Shown: positions 27,506 through 42,522 of the stretch, piece after piece
Position numbering within the stretch: position 1 is the stretch's first letter
Layout: each line of letters opens with the position of its first letter
Source of the DNA: Eledone cirrhosa
Taxonomy: Eukaryota
Assembly: GCA_964016885.1 (NCBI GenBank)
Contig: OZ024764.1
Coordinates: forward strand, 17,298,001 to 17,362,000
Direction: 5' to 3'
DNA: 64,000 bases
The notes under the pieces: generated by a model
The model's input: only the letters and a program-made list of their open reading frames with translations
What the model was told of the DNA's origin: nothing
The model's database searches: none
Position numbers and translations under genes: made by a program

Positions 27506-29101
27506 TCATAATCTATAAAGCTCAGTGTGTGGTCAAGCTCCTTCGTTATAGAAATCTACGATATAGAATTTCTTCAATTGAAATTTACAATTCAGAATTC
27601 GAAATAGTTTCCATTGCGTCTTGACGCAGATAATTTTTTCAATTTCACCCACATTTACGCAAAAAAATAGATAAAACTCAATATTTTACGATTTTTCTCC
27701 GTCATTTAAATTGCTAAACTCTTTCCACTACCATTCAAAATCTATACAACTTCATACTTTCTGCTACTTTCTCTTTCCAAGCTTGATGGTGATACTGTCC
27801 GTTTTACTCTCTCATATCATCTGCTTTACTCTCTCATATCATCTGCTTCCCTCTAACTACAATCCACACATTTTGTTACTTTCGCTTTTATACTTCAAAC
27901 TTACTGATTTATTTCCAAACGCATACAAACACACACTTCAATTAAACAACGTGCGGGATTTATAACCACAAACATTTTCCATTTGCAACATGTACGTAAA
28001 AAAATTCCTTCCTTTCTTAAAAATTTCAGTTCATTTTATTTGTTTCAATTTACGTTTCTATACACTTTACACAAATATTTTCACATGTACGTAAACAACT
28101 TCCTTTCTTACAAATCTCACTTCATTTTCTTTCTTTTAACTCGCGTTTCAATACACTTTACACACTCTGTCGCTATACTTACCTAATCAATTTCTTTCAA
28201 CTCCAAATATTTGTTTCTTTTCCTTCCACGGTCAAAATTTTTCCACATTTCATTCACATTACAATTTCTATCTTTAACTAACTTTCACCCTTTATCATCA
28301 TAATCTATAAAGCTCAGTGTGTGGACATGCTCCTTCGTTATAGAAATCTACGATATAGAATTTCTTCAATTGAAATTTACAATTCAGAATTCGAAATAGT
28401 TTCGATTGCGTCTTGACGCAGATAATTTTTTCAATTTCACCCACAATTACGCAAAAAATAGATAAAACTCAATATTTTACGATTTTTCTCTCTCCTTTAA
28501 ACTGCTGAACTCTTTCTACTACCATTCAAAATCTATACAACTTCATACTTTCTGCTACTTTCTCTTTCCAAGCTTGATGGTGATACTGTCCGTTCACACC
28601 ACTCCCTACTGTCTTAAATTTAGAAAACACATATCCTCTATGAGGTTACTAAACCTGCTAGAAACAGCAGCTAACTCTCCCCCATATCACACCGCTCCCT
28701 ACTGTCTTAAATTTAGAAAACATATCTTCTACGAGGTCACTAAACCTGCTAGAAACAGCAGCTAACTCTCCCCCATATCACACCGCTCCCTACTGTCTTA
28801 AATTTAGAAAACACACAGACAATCATGCAGAACAACTCCATCGCAGCTCTGTTGTTCGGCTGGCATCGTCTACGCGCGTGTTGCGCAAGTACTGTGAAAC
28901 AATAAATTTCAACACTTTTTTGCACAGAGATAATATCCATAGGCGAAACTACAATTGTCACTGCTGGCGCAGCTCATGCTTCCAGGTCTGCAATTCATTC
29001 ACCCAGTGCCTGGCAGACAAAAAAGTGCTGCCATAAAATGGGTGGTGCAACCTAACTTTGGTAACTTAATGACCCCGAGCAACGCCGGGCTTTAATGCTA
29101 G
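27506..29101 (+). mobile_element. non-autonomous Helitron-like element with duplicated 5' segment
   Basis: Starts A|TC (atcataatctataaag). Ends with a GC hairpin cccg-agcaacgc-cggg (29074-29089) then CTAG|T. The 5' ~300 bp is repeated at ~28297-28595. Confidence 0.75.
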
Positions 29102-29109
29102 TATATATA

Positions 29110-29212
29110 TAAAATAACAGGAGGCTGGACTGGTGTAAATCCTTGAAAGGTTTATAATAAAGTATAATAAACCTTTCAAGGATTTACACCAGTCCAGCCT
29201 CCTGTTATTTTA
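29110..29212. repeat. perfect short inverted repeat (~45-bp arms)
   Basis: aaaataacaggaggctggactggtgtaaatccttgaaaggtttat / ataaacctttcaaggatttacaccagtccagcctcctgttatttt. Confidence 0.9.
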
Positions 29213-29354
29213 TTTTATTTATAATTAACTCTGTACTTGCACCACCAACTACACAAACGAAGATGGGTGAACTACACTTGGTTGAGTACTCTTCACAATA
29301 TTACCCCAAGATTGACCAGTTCTATCCAGTGGTGAACCAACAAACCTAAATATA

Positions 29355-29464
<110 letters not shown>

Positions 29465-29791
29465 TATATAATTTGTTGAAAAACATTGTTATATTTTGGA
29501 AGAGTCATGCTGCCAATAAAAACAAAACACACCTGTGTCTGTTTTGTTTATATATATATATATGTATATGTGTGTGTGATAATATATATATATATATATG
29601 TATATGTGTGTGTGTGTGTGTGATAATATATATATATATATGTGCGTGTGATGATATATATATATGTGTGTGTGTGTGTGTATGATATATGTGTGTGATG
29701 ATATATATATGTGTGATGATATATATATATGTGTGATGATATATATATATATGTCTGTGTATGATATATATATGTGTGTGTGTGTGTGATG

Positions 29792-29879
<88 letters not shown>

Positions 29880-29927
29880 ATAATACAGGTACCTACCTTT
29901 TTATATATACCCAGGACAGGTCTGATC

Positions 29928-30179
29928 CTAAACACAAGCCGCTGCTTTTTGGGGTTTAGTCACACGTGTAACCTTCTCGGAAACCATAAAGTCCTCCACA
30001 TCATATATAACTTTGATCAGAAGTGAACACCCAGGGCATGTGGCCACGTCCTCCCCATTTTGCAGATCTTCCAAGCTAATCTCGAACCGGTCACCACAGG
30101 GACATGGAAAATGGTAGATTTCGGCTTCCTCATCAAATTCCATGTCTTCAATTTCCACCTCGTCGTGAAATACTGCCAT
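29928..30179 (-). CDS. DPH3: diphthamide biosynthesis protein 3 (CSL zinc ribbon, Kti11/DPH3), 83 aa
   Basis: [60 protein letters not shown] has the canonical CPCG..CPxCSL signature. Full-length, uninterrupted ORF. Confidence 0.97.
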   Translation of the reverse strand: MAVFHDEVEIEDMEFDEEAEIYHFPCPCGDRFEISLEDLQNGEDVATCPGCSLLIKVIYDVEDFMVSEKVTRVTKPQKAAACV

Positions 30180-30298
30180 TACTTATGTAGTTAATTATTT
30201 AATTAATTAATTAATTAATTAATCCAGAGTCTAGGGCCAATCCTGTTCTTTCTTCTCACATATAGATAAAGCACAGTTGAAAATTTGTACCGGGAAAT

Positions 30299-30331
<33 letters not shown>

Positions 30332-32018
30332 GTGTGTTGTGAAAGTTGCTGAAAATAGCAGCCAAATCTCCCCTCACGATCTTGACAATGATATATATAT
30401 ATATATATATATAGACTGTTTATGTATATACTATATACTTGTGTAATGTGTGATGTGTGAGATAGTTCGGTCCTCTTACGAAAACCTGCTAAAGATAGCA
30501 GCCAAATCTCCCCTCAAGTTCTTGACAATATATATATATATGCTATATAGTTCAATGTGTGTTTATATATTATCAAATAATATAAATATATATTAGTTCC
30601 ATGTATGTATATATATATATATATGTGTGTTTACATATTTACACTGTGTTTAGCTCTACACCTCGTTACGGACGTGAAGCTACGCATCAAGTACTCCCTA
30701 TATATACATATATATATATACTATATAGTTGAATGTGTGTGTATATATATATATATATATATTTCAATCTCATTTCGTATTTTCAAATATTCATATACAG
30801 GGAACCAGACGTATGTTAATACTGTCCAGGACCCCTGAAACCTTTGGTAATGGAGTAGTTATATATTGAGTTCACTTTCTAACTAATTAAATATATATAT
30901 TTCGTTTCTGAATATATACACGCTTTCAATCTCTTTCTCCCTATATATATACACTCGCAATCTGACTATATATATATATATATACACACACACGAGGTAT
31001 ATAAGGGTACTACGAGGGGGACCTAATTGTTTTTTCTAGAATGTCCCCCTCTCTAGAAGCTCTGGTATATACTGAGAGAAGGGGTACACCAATGTGTATA
31101 TATATATATAGTGTGTATATAGTGTGTGTGTATATATATATAGAGGCAGTGTGTTCAGGGTGCCATGTGTCTGGTGTAAAGCTGATACACAGGAACTGGA
31201 AGTTGTAATATCTCTCAACACTGCTACGTCACATCTTCCTGTCACTCCCTCTCTCTTCCTGTCACTCTATCTCTCTCTCTCTCTCTTCTGTCTATTGTCT
31301 TTCTATCTATCTCGCCCTCTCTCTCTCCTTCTCTCTTTGCTTCACATCTTCCTGTCACTCTATCTCTCTCTCTCTTCTGTCTGCTGTCTTTCTATCTATC
31401 TCGCCCTCTCTCTTTGCTGTCTTTCTATCTATCTCCCCCCTCTCTCTTTGCTGTCTCTCTATCACTCCCTCTCTCTTCCTGTCACTCTATCTCTCTCTCT
31501 CTTTTCTGTCTGCTGTCTTTCTATCTATCTCCCCCTCTCTCTTTGCTGTCTTTCTATCTATCTCCCCCTCTCTCTTTGCTGTCTCTCTATCTATCCCTCT
31601 CTCTTTTCTGTCTGCTGTCTTTCTATCTCTCTCTCTCTCCCTCTCTCTTTGCTGTCTCTCTATCTATCTATCCCTCTCTCTTGCTGTAATTCTATCTCTC
31701 TCTCCCTCTCTATTTCTCTCTTGCTGTCATTCTATCTCTCTCTCTCTCTCCCCCTTTGCTGTCATTCTATCTCTATCTCTTCCTGTTATTCTCTCTCTTT
31801 GCTGTCTTTCTATCTATCTATCTCCCTCTCTCTTCCTGTCTTTCTATCTATCCTTCCCTCTCTCTTTGTTTCTTTGTCTTTCGTTCTTTCTCAGTCTTTC
31901 TATCTATCCCCCCTCTCTCTCTATAAATATATATATCTTTCCTTCTCTCTCTCTCTTTCTATACATATATATATCTTTCCTTTTCTCTTTCTCTCGTCTT
32001 TTCTTCTATCGATCTCTC

Positions 32019-32066
<48 letters not shown>

Positions 32067-32161
32067 ACAAATATCAATCCCGGTTGGAGCTTAATAAATG
32101 ATATATATAACATATAAATGATATATAACACACACACAAACACATATATATATATATATAA

Positions 32162-32197
<36 letters not shown>

Positions 32198-32488
32198 ACA
32201 CATATAATATATATGGAGTATCTGCGGGACCAAAACCAGTTCAAACCACAAATCAAAGTAGTACACGATGTTGTAGTGAGAAACACAGAACTACGGATGA
32301 CCAAATGTGTCAGAATCGCTTCCCGTTATTTGATGACGCAGTAAAATAGATAGATATATTATGTGTAATAAGGGAGATAACTGATAGACGGTCCTGCTGG
32401 GATATTCTAATCTAACCGTGACCATCGCGTGGATTTGGGGATTTATTTGTGAAAAGAGGGGTCGTTAGCCATTTTATTTCAAATGGTG

Positions 32489-32575
<87 letters not shown>

Positions 32576-32774
32576 AATTAGTAAACGGAAACAACAAAGC
32601 AAACAACACAGTACAATAAAGGACTATATTAGTTTAACGCTTGATATAGTAAGATAAGAGTCTTTAGGTGTATATATATATATATATATACACATGTATA
32701 TATATACATATATATAGGAAAAGAGTCAGGACCCCGACGGCTGAGCTACGGTCGTTTTGACAGCTAGATGTGTG

Positions 32775-32862
<88 letters not shown>

Positions 32863-32878
32863 TACAGACACGAATATA

Positions 32879-33085
32879 TATGCGGGTTGGCTAAAAAGTT
32901 CAGAGGCTAGTTATAAAGGAGTGATGCTAGAGCTGTGAAATCTTGCATGCATTAATTTCAAACTCTTCTTATTAATGACTGCATTGTTTCTTTCCAGGGA
33001 CTGTGTTGAAATATATTGAAATATAAACCTCATTTGGTCATTCCATGAGAGTATCTTGGTTAGCCTATGAACTTTTCAGCTGACA

Positions 33086-33092
<7 letters not shown>
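32879..33092. mobile_element. mariner-type MITE
   Basis: TIRs tatgcgggttggctaaaaagttcagaggcta / tagcctatgaacttttcagctgacactcata, in TA context. Confidence 0.65.
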
Positions 33093-33126
<34 letters not shown>

Positions 33127-33128
<2 letters not shown>

Positions 33129-33171
33129 CCTGATGATTTCATACGAACGAAACAGTCCTAGTTCTGTAGAA
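33127..33171 (+). ncRNA. type-I hammerhead motif (family D); degenerate second copy at 33388-33445
   Basis: TTC-CTGATGA-tTTCatacGAAc-GAAACAG-tcctagtt-CTGTA-GAA. Copy 2 has a TTGATGA core and a longer stem I (aatgagcttc/gaagtcatt). Confidence 0.6.
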
Positions 33172-33482
33172 GTCATTGCTATATTGAATAATGGTGTTTA
33201 CACTCTACTAATGTATTGAATACCTTTTAAACTGTGGTTTATTTCTCGCTCTCACACAGCTGATACATAAAATTATGCATACACACACACACACTCACCC
33301 ACTACTTCACATATGCATATATATATATATATTATATATATATATATATATAAGTTTATCCCGGCTTTAATCGGGAGTAAGGTACTCAATGAGCTTCTTG
33401 ATGATTTCTCCCGAATGAAACAGTTCTAGTCCTGTAGAAGTCATTTCTATATTGTATATATATATATATATATATGTATAAA

Positions 33483-33559
<77 letters not shown>

Positions 33560-34181
33560 GTATGTGTGTGTGTGTGTGTACGTATGCATATATATATATA
33601 TTTCTATACGAATATATTTTTATATATATACACACACATATACTCAAATATTTCAACACAGGATTACTCTTCAAGAATCTTAGAAAAATAAATTTTAAAC
33701 CGAATAACAAGACGGGATACAAACAATCTAATAATTATGTATTTTACTTGATTTAAATAAATATTTATAGTTTTATATATTTTGTAAAACAAAAAGTTTT
33801 GCAAAGGTAAGGGAGGTAAGTAAAAAAAGCGAAATAGTTGAAACGAAACGAAACACAAATTTACATTTTGTATCCCCGCCTACTAAATAATTTATGTGGC
33901 CCTGGATGCAGATCTTTCGAAGTCCCTATTAATTTTATTTTTTTTAAATTTATATATAACAGCTATTGTGAACAATAGCGCCGTTGTTTCACTCCATCTT
34001 CGTAATAAATTATATATTTTTTCTCATGTAAGGGATTATAGGCGAAACTCGGACGGAATGAATACCACTAGGTATTGTTGTTCGACGCACCGGTTTATTG
34101 CTAATTTTTTTGCCGATGTGTGTAGTGTAGTGTACCGTACTGACACACATATTGAGTACTACTTTGTAACTACTTCGTTTG

Positions 34182-34221
<40 letters not shown>

Positions 34222-35302
34222 ATATATATATATATATATATTTAGGACGACGGGCTTCCGCACAACATCTGCCTACCAAATTTCTGCAACTCATCATCAC
34301 ATGACAACGAAAGGACTACTACTGTAGGAGGCAATTTCTTCTCAAGCTTACTGGCTTCTCTTACCTGACGTAGGATTGAACTTGGAGTTACTTCACTGCA
34401 GAGGAGAACTTCTTAACAACACACACACACACACACACATACATACACACACACACATACATATACACACACACACATACATATATATACAGACACACAC
34501 ACACACATATATACAGACACACACACATACATATACATACACACATATACACACACATATATATACAGACACACACACACATACATATACATACACACAC
34601 ACACACACATACACACACACACATATATACAGACACACACACATATATACACATATAGACACACACACACACATATATATACATATACACACACATATAT
34701 ACAGACACACATACATATACAGACACACACACACACATATATATACAGACACACACACACATATACAGACACACACACACATATATATACACACACACAC
34801 ACACATATATACAGACACACACATACATATACAGACACACACACACACATATATACAGACACACATATAGACACACACACATATATACACACACACACAC
34901 ACATATACAGACACACACACACACAGATACAGACACACATACATACATAGACACACGATCAGCGACTGACGCACACACACACACACACACAGCCACACGA
35001 ACCCCCTCTTCCTCTCTCTCTCATACACCTCTTTGTTTCTTTTTTCTCAACTATTATTTACAGCTCTTCTATTATTTCCATCATTTACGTTAGGACAGAC
35101 ACATCTAAAGATTTAAATTTTTTCCCCCATTGCTTCTTAAGTCGACAACTTTGTTTATATATATACATAGATAGAACTGTATAGATTTACATATATATAT
35201 ATATATATACATACATACATACATATATATACATAGATAGAACTGTATAGATTTACATATATATATATACATACATACATACATACATATATATACAAAT
35301 AT

Positions 35303-35339
<37 letters not shown>

Positions 35340-35442
35340 CGTTGTAACCCAACATTTTAAATATAACTTTCCATATATATATTTATATATATATATACGC
35401 ATATATATACATATATATATATATACATATATATATATACGC

Positions 35443-35507
<65 letters not shown>

Positions 35508-35879
35508 TACATATATATATAACGAAGGAATTGTGGTAAGGAACCAGATGGACCATAACCCCGTCGAAACGGCGGCTTGAGCTCTGCCGTCGGGGCCATA
35601 CTTTTTCCTATATATATATATATATATACAAGAAAGTAGTACAGCATAATCGATGCTTTGGTTGCGGGCAAGCTAACGAATACTGTCGGGAAGTGCAGAC
35701 ACAAAGCACTCAATAAGGAATTTTACCTTAGAGTTATAACTACGTTTAAACAGCTGTGCAAATTGAAGCCAGCGACCGAAAAACGAGTCTCAAGGACCAG
35801 AACAACGCAAAAAAAACCGACTCGGGGAAAAGTTTGACTGTTACCTAGAGTGGACATATTACATAACATTATATGACAT

Positions 35880-36234
35880 CTCCACTACCAGTAATACACT
35901 GGGTTATTGCTGGCCTTGTGCCTAAAGTAGAAACAATTATATGACATCGCCACTACCAGTAATACACTGAGTTATTGCTGGCCTTGTGCCTAAAGTAGAA
36001 ACAATTATATGACATCTCCACTACCAGTAATACACTGGGTTATTGCTGGCCTTGTGCCTAAAGTAGAAACAATTATATGACATCTCCACTAGGTTTCTGT
36101 AAATCCGAAATCAACAAAATCCATTTGCAGGGGCCTGCAAGTTAATTGGGCTTTGGAAATATATATACACAGGGTGTCCCAAAAAAGTGTATACACACTT
36201 TGATTACCTGTACGCTATATTTATTAGAATACTG

Positions 36235-36272
<38 letters not shown>

Positions 36273-36950
36273 CTGTTGAGGTGGCTCAGTCAGGGTTCTG
36301 ACTCTATATAATACATATAGTTTTGTTGTTGTTTAGCCCTAGGCCAGTCCTGAACGATCCATAGGGGTTTTTCGGGGTTTTCTTATTTTTTCTGGGTCTT
36401 TTTCCTGTTTTATTTCTTCTCATTGTATATAATAATTCTTTCTACTTTTGGCACAAGGCCAGCAATTACCTCAGTGTATTACTGGTACTTTATTTTATCG
36501 ACCTTGTAATAATTCTTTCTACTTTTGGCACAAGGCCAGCAATTACCTCAGTGTATTACTGGTACTTTATTTTATCGACCTTGTAATAATTCTTTCTACT
36601 TTTGGCACAAGGCCAGCAATTACCTCAGTGTATTACTGGTACTTTATTTTATCGACCTTGTAATAATTCTTTCTACTTTTAGCACAAGGCCAGCAATTAC
36701 CTCAGTGTATTACTGGTACTTTATTTTATCGACCTTGTAATAATTCTTTCTACTTTTGGCACAAGGCCAGCAATTACCTCAGTGTATTACTGGTACTTTA
36801 TTTTATCGACCTTGTAATAATTCTTTCTACTTTGGGCACAAGGCCAGCAATAACCTCAGTGTATTACTGGTACTTTATTTTGTCGACCCCGGGCGGGATT
36901 TGAATCCAGACCGTAAAGGGCCGTAACTCTATGCTACCGATTCTGCTTGC
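35880..36950. repeat. SINE-derived tandem arrays (~64-bp x3 at 35880-36090; 77-bp x6 at 36430-36890)
   Basis: Units are internal pieces of the recurrent SINE core. Confidence 0.85.
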
Positions 36951-37710
36951 TAGCAATCAACCGCCCGTTGTATACAATAATGGTCACACTCTGTCGTCTG
37001 CCCTTGAGGCAAATAGAGAGGAATCGTGGTTTGAGGGGAGTTCGACTGTCTTTTCTAGCATCTCCGACGGCTCTGTCGCAGATGTCTTTGCTAGAAATAG
37101 CAGCCGAATCTTGCCCTCTCCAAAACATCACACCACACGACACCACCTCCTCCTCCAACGATATAGAACCTATTTGGAACTATATAATCCTATGTTTAAA
37201 GTTCTTCGGTGGTGGTCATGGTTGTCTTTTAGTTGGCTGACTGCTTAAGAATGGGAGGCCCCGGGGGCTTGTTCTATCCCAGAGCAGGGCAAACCTGGGG
37301 CTAATGACTTTTACCATAGCTTTTGAAGAGAGTGAGTAAATTTTTGGTAGACAGAAACTATGTAAATGCCCGCGCTTCACACAGACTCTGATGGACCACC
37401 AAATCTGTTGTTCAGAGGTCCAGTTTTCGAGCCTTGTTACCGGAAGATTACGTTAAGACTACACGTGTCTGTGGAGATACTCAGCCACTTACACCTGTAA
37501 TTCAAAGGGCCCAGCCAGCCTTGTTATACATATTGCATGATGCTGAATCTCCCTGAGAATTCCGTTAAGGGTACACGTGTCTGTGGAATGCTCGGTCCCT
37601 TTCGTACACATTTGTGGAATACTCAACCACATTAAGAGTCCACGTGTCTGTGAAATATTCTTCTAGTCGACGATTTAGAATTACAAGAATGCTCAGGCAC
37701 CTACAGACAT

Positions 37711-37755
<45 letters not shown>

Positions 37756-37799
37756 ACGCCAAGGTCTGTTGATGGAAAAATCTGGAAGGACAATTCACG

Positions 37800-38135
37800 A
37801 TGATCATCGTTATACCGACGGAGGATCTGCCGGGTGATCATCGTTACATCGACGGAGGATTCAGTACGTTATCATCGTTACACCGACGGAGGCTCCAGTG
37901 GGTGATCATCGTTATAACGACGGAGGATCCAGTAAGTGATCATCGTTACACCGACGGAGGCTCCAGTGGGGTGATCATCGTTATAACGACGGAGGATCCA
38001 GTAAGTGATCATCGTTACACCGACGGAGGATCTGCTGAGTGATCATCTTTACACCGACGGAGGATTCATTACGTTATCATCGTTACACCGACGAAGGATC
38101 TGGTGAGTGATCATCGTTATACAGACGGAGGATCC
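37800..38135. repeat. ~32-bp degenerate minisatellite (tcatcgttacaccgacggaggatc..)
   Basis: About 10 tandem degenerate copies. Confidence 0.8.
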
Positions 38136-38168
38136 CCATTAATTTATTTTGTGTATAAAAGACTTCGA

Positions 38169-38207
<39 letters not shown>

Positions 38208-39382
38208 GCCCTGAGGATTACCAATAGAGGGTACAAAAACACGTGTCTGCGGAATACTCAGCCACTTGACACGCTATAAATGTAGTAAATATTTAACCCT
38301 AGTTCCGTTCATGGAAACATCTAGAAGAAAACGCATCATCATCACCGACGGAGGATCTATAATAGTTAATTTCAAATATGTCACTTCTGTACATCCGTAG
38401 TAAACAACAACACAACAAAAAAGCCTAACATTCTTCTTTTTCCTTCTTTTTCTTTGTCCCTCTCTCTAGCCGCCTCCGTCACGTTCTCCCCCTCCGTCTA
38501 TATAAGTATTACTCTCTCTCCCACTCCGTCACGCTCTCCTCCTCCCTTTATATCTCTATGTATGTATCTCTCTCTCTCTTCCCCTCTGTCTATCCTCCTT
38601 CGTCACGTTCTCCCCCTCTCTATATTTCTCTACCTATATATCTCTCCTTGACTCTCTCCCCCCTCTCTCTATGCATCACCGCCTCTCTCTCCCCCTCTCT
38701 ATGTCCGTTATAGTTAACCAAGAGAAGACAACTGCTTCAACACCACTTGATCACATCAAACGTGTTTTTTCCCCCTAAACTTCCCCGGGTAAGCTATTTT
38801 ATTTCGAAATATATATACATACATATACATCATAGCCTACAATAATACTATACATATATATATATATACACACATTAATATATATATTTGTTGTTGTTGA
38901 TGTAGTATTAATAATAACAACAACGGCAGCAATAAACAGCTGGTTTCTCAAGTCCTTAATTAGGAGCACAGCACACACTTTACTGGGTGTGGTGGGTCTC
39001 ATAGCTGGTCCTCGCCAACCCATGTGTCCAGCTCTCACTGCCCTCACACTAGGCTTTATTTATATCAATTTTATCACTGATCTGTATATAATATATATAT
39101 ATATGTGTGTATATATATATATGTGTGTGTGTATTACATATATGTTGCCCATCAACGTGTGGGTATATATATACAAGCTGCGATTTTTTGCTTAAACTTT
39201 AATCTGTTATTTTAATATATATATATATATAGATAGATGTGTGTGTATATAGATTTGTGTATATATAGATGTATGTATATAGAGATTTGTGTATATATAG
39301 TTGTATGTATGTATAAATGTGATTCAATCATGGAAATCGTTTAAACTTCACCGCCAGGTTTAACAATATATTTTCTATACGA

Positions 39383-39422
<40 letters not shown>

Positions 39423-39615
39423 TCGTACATATATATATATGTGCACATCGTGCATATATATATATATATATGTGCAATCGTATGTATATATATATATATA
39501 TATATATTGTAGTGTTTCTGTGACGTGGATGTCCACTCGTCCCTAAGCATCGTCCCTCGGATCATTTCCTTACTGAGCTCCTTTGACAGTGTCCGAGCAC
39601 GTTAGCTTCCTAGCC

Positions 39616-39641
39616 ATGGGGACACAACCTCCAATACACAC
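39616..39641 (+). CDS. possible first coding exon of the ADAR/ADAD-like gene (MGTQPPIH)
   Basis: GCC-ATG-G Kozak context, in-frame upstream stop at 39544, acceptor ttgtag at 39512. A phase-2 donor (AC|gtacat, weak) joins in frame to the exon starting at 42202. Confidence 0.35.
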
Positions 39642-39776
39642 GTACATACTTATATATGAATGGATTAGTTAAGACAACCGGATTTCTTCTCTATGTTTTG
39701 TCTGATTGTTGACGTTAGTAAAGCGTTCACGTCACTTAAATGTATGTAGCCTTTATATGTGTATGTATAGACCCCG

Positions 39777-39831
<55 letters not shown>

Positions 39832-39887
39832 ATAAAATAGCCCCCGTTAATATATATATATATGTATATAAAACAGCCCCCGTTTTT

Positions 39888-39924
<37 letters not shown>

Positions 39925-40232
39925 AACATATGTATATACACACACATATATATATATATATATATACACACACATACACACACACATATATATATATATA
40001 GAGAGAGATTTAGATATATAGAGAGATATGTATGAATTATTGTGTACCGTTATTTTTATCATTTATATTGTTTCTGAAGATGTACAGTATTTGATGTTGT
40101 TTTGTAATATTTAATATATCAGATCCCACCGTTTATTTTTCTATAATGTTATAAGTATCAGTTCAATAACTTGTATTGATTTATTATATATGAGGCTATT
40201 GGATGATTTAAGAAATCTATCATCTTAATTTG

Positions 40233-40283
<51 letters not shown>

Positions 40284-40499
40284 CCTATTGCAGCAACTTC
40301 AGGTTATACGCCCCATATATATATAAATAAATATATATTGTGTATATATCATTATCATCGTTTAAAGTCCGTCTTCCATGCTAGTATGGGTTGGACAGGT
40401 TTGTCCCACTTGAGGCAAGATTGGGCGGGTGACCATGTCTTGCTCGCACAGAACTGTCTCTGGCAGGTTTTCTACAGCTGGATGCCCTTCCTAACACCA

Positions 40500-42150
40500 A
40501 CCACATTTACAGTGTGGACTGGGAGCCTTTTTACTGTGTCTCCTACATGACCACATTACAGTGTGGACTGGGAGCCTTTTTACCGTGTCTCCTACATGAC
40601 CACATTACAGTGTGGACTGGGAGCCTTTTTACCGTGTCTCCTACATGACCACATTACAGTGTGGACTGTGAGCCTTTTTACTGTGTCTCCTACATGACCA
40701 CTTTACAGTGTAGACTGGGAGCCTTTTTACCGTGTCTCCTACATGACCACTTTACAGTGTGGACTGGGAGCCTTTTTACTGTGTCACCTACATGACCACT
40801 TTACAGTGTGGACTGGGAGCCTTTTTACTGTGTCTCCTACATGACCACATTACAGTGTGGACTGGGAGCCTTTTTACTGTGTCTCCTACATGACCACATT
40901 ACAGTGTGGACTGGGAGCCTTTTTACCGTGTCACCTACATGACCACTTTACAGTGTGGACTGGGTGCCTTTTTACCGTGTCTCCTACATGACCACTTTAC
41001 AGTGTGGACTGGGAGCCTTTTTACCGTGTCTCCTACATGACCACTTTACAGTGTAGACTGGGAGCCTTTTTACCGTGTCTCCTACATGACCACTTTACAG
41101 TGTGGACTGGGAGCCTTTTTACCGTGTCTCCTACATGACCACTTTACAGTGTAGACTGGGAGCCTTTTTACTGTGTCTCCTACATGACCACTTTACAGTG
41201 TAGACTGGGAGCCTTTTTACTGTGTCTCCTACATGACCACTTTACAGTGTAGACTGGGAGCCTTTTTACTGTGTCACCTACATGACCACTTTACAGTGTG
41301 GACTGGGAGCCTTTTTACCGTGTCTCCTACATGACCACTTTACAGTGTGGACTGGGAGCCTTTTTACCGTGTCTCCTACATGACCACTTTACAGTGTAGA
41401 CTGGGAGCCTTTTTACTGTGTCTCCTACATGACCACTTTACAGTGTAGACTGGGAGCCTTTTTACTGTGTCACCTACATGACCACTTTACAGTGTGGACT
41501 GGGAGCCTTTTTACCGTGTCTCCTACATGACCACTTTACAGTGTGGACTGGGAGCCTTTTTACCGTGTCTCCTACATGACCACTTTACAGTGTAGACTGG
41601 GAGCCTTTTTACTGTGTCTCCTACATGACCACTTTACAGTGTAGACTGGGAGCCTTTTTACTGTGTCTCCTACATGACCACTTTACAGTGTAGACTGGGA
41701 GCCTTTTTACTGTGTCTCCTACATGACCACTTTACAGTGTAGACTGGGAGCCTTTTTACTGTGTCACCTACATGACCACTTTACAGTGTGGACTGGGAGC
41801 CTTTTTACCGTGTCTCCTACATGACCACTTTACAGTGTGGACTGGGAGCCTTTTTACCGTGTCTCCTACATGACCACTTTACAGTGTAGACTGGGAGCCT
41901 TTTTACTGTGTCTCCTACATGACCACTTTACAGTGTGGACTGGGAGCCTTTTCACTGTGTCTCCTACATGACCACATTACAGTGTAGACTGGGAGCCTTT
42001 TTACTGTGTCACCTACATGACCACATTACAGTGTGGACTGGGAGCCTTTTTACTGTGTCACCTACATGACCACATTACAGTGTGGACTGGGAGCCTTTTT
42101 ACTGTGTCACCTACATGACCACATTACAGTGTAGACTGGGAGCCTTTTGT
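40500..42150. repeat. 49-bp minisatellite (~33 copies) amplified from a repeat 3'UTR
   Basis: Unit ccactttacagtgtggactgggagcctttttaccgtgtctcctacatga, continuing from the dispersed repeat ..ggatgcccttcctaacaccaaccacatttacag. Confidence 0.92.
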
Positions 42151-42201
42151 CATGTACATATATATACACATATGTATAGATATATATATATTCATCTCCA
42201 G

Positions 42202-42268
42202 AAATTCTGGTGTTGAAGTCAAGGACTTGGCAATGCCAATGAACGACAGATCAATTGGAGATCAATTG
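42202..42268 (+). CDS. ADAR/ADAD-like N-terminal exon ([22 protein letters not shown])
   Basis: Acceptor ttcatctccag, donor TTG|gtgagt. Phase 0 matches the next exon. ATG at 42233. Confidence 0.65.
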
Positions 42269-42487
42269 GTGAGTTGATTTTGGCTGAAACCACTGGATAA
42301 TGATGGTCATATTTTTGTATATACACACACACACACAAACATATATATATATATGACAAGTAAGTATGTTTTGAAACAGTGAGCAGGTTTGAAATGAGAA
42401 AATAGAGTAGCTTTCACCGTATTTTTGACTAAAGAAATTTTAGCCTGATAATGGGGTTTACAACCCTCAGATATCTGAGGGTTCAAA

Positions 42488-42522
<35 letters not shown>

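Noticed and set aside
31124-32101. 325-aa Leu/Ser-rich ORF resembling a membrane protein
   Set aside because: Translation of (CT)n/(CTAT)n low-complexity DNA.
40500-42150. CRISPR-like appearance of regular arrays (also 1011-4855 and 37800-38135)
   Set aside because: Units are contiguous with no unique spacers, there are no cas genes, and the context is eukaryotic. These are minisatellites.
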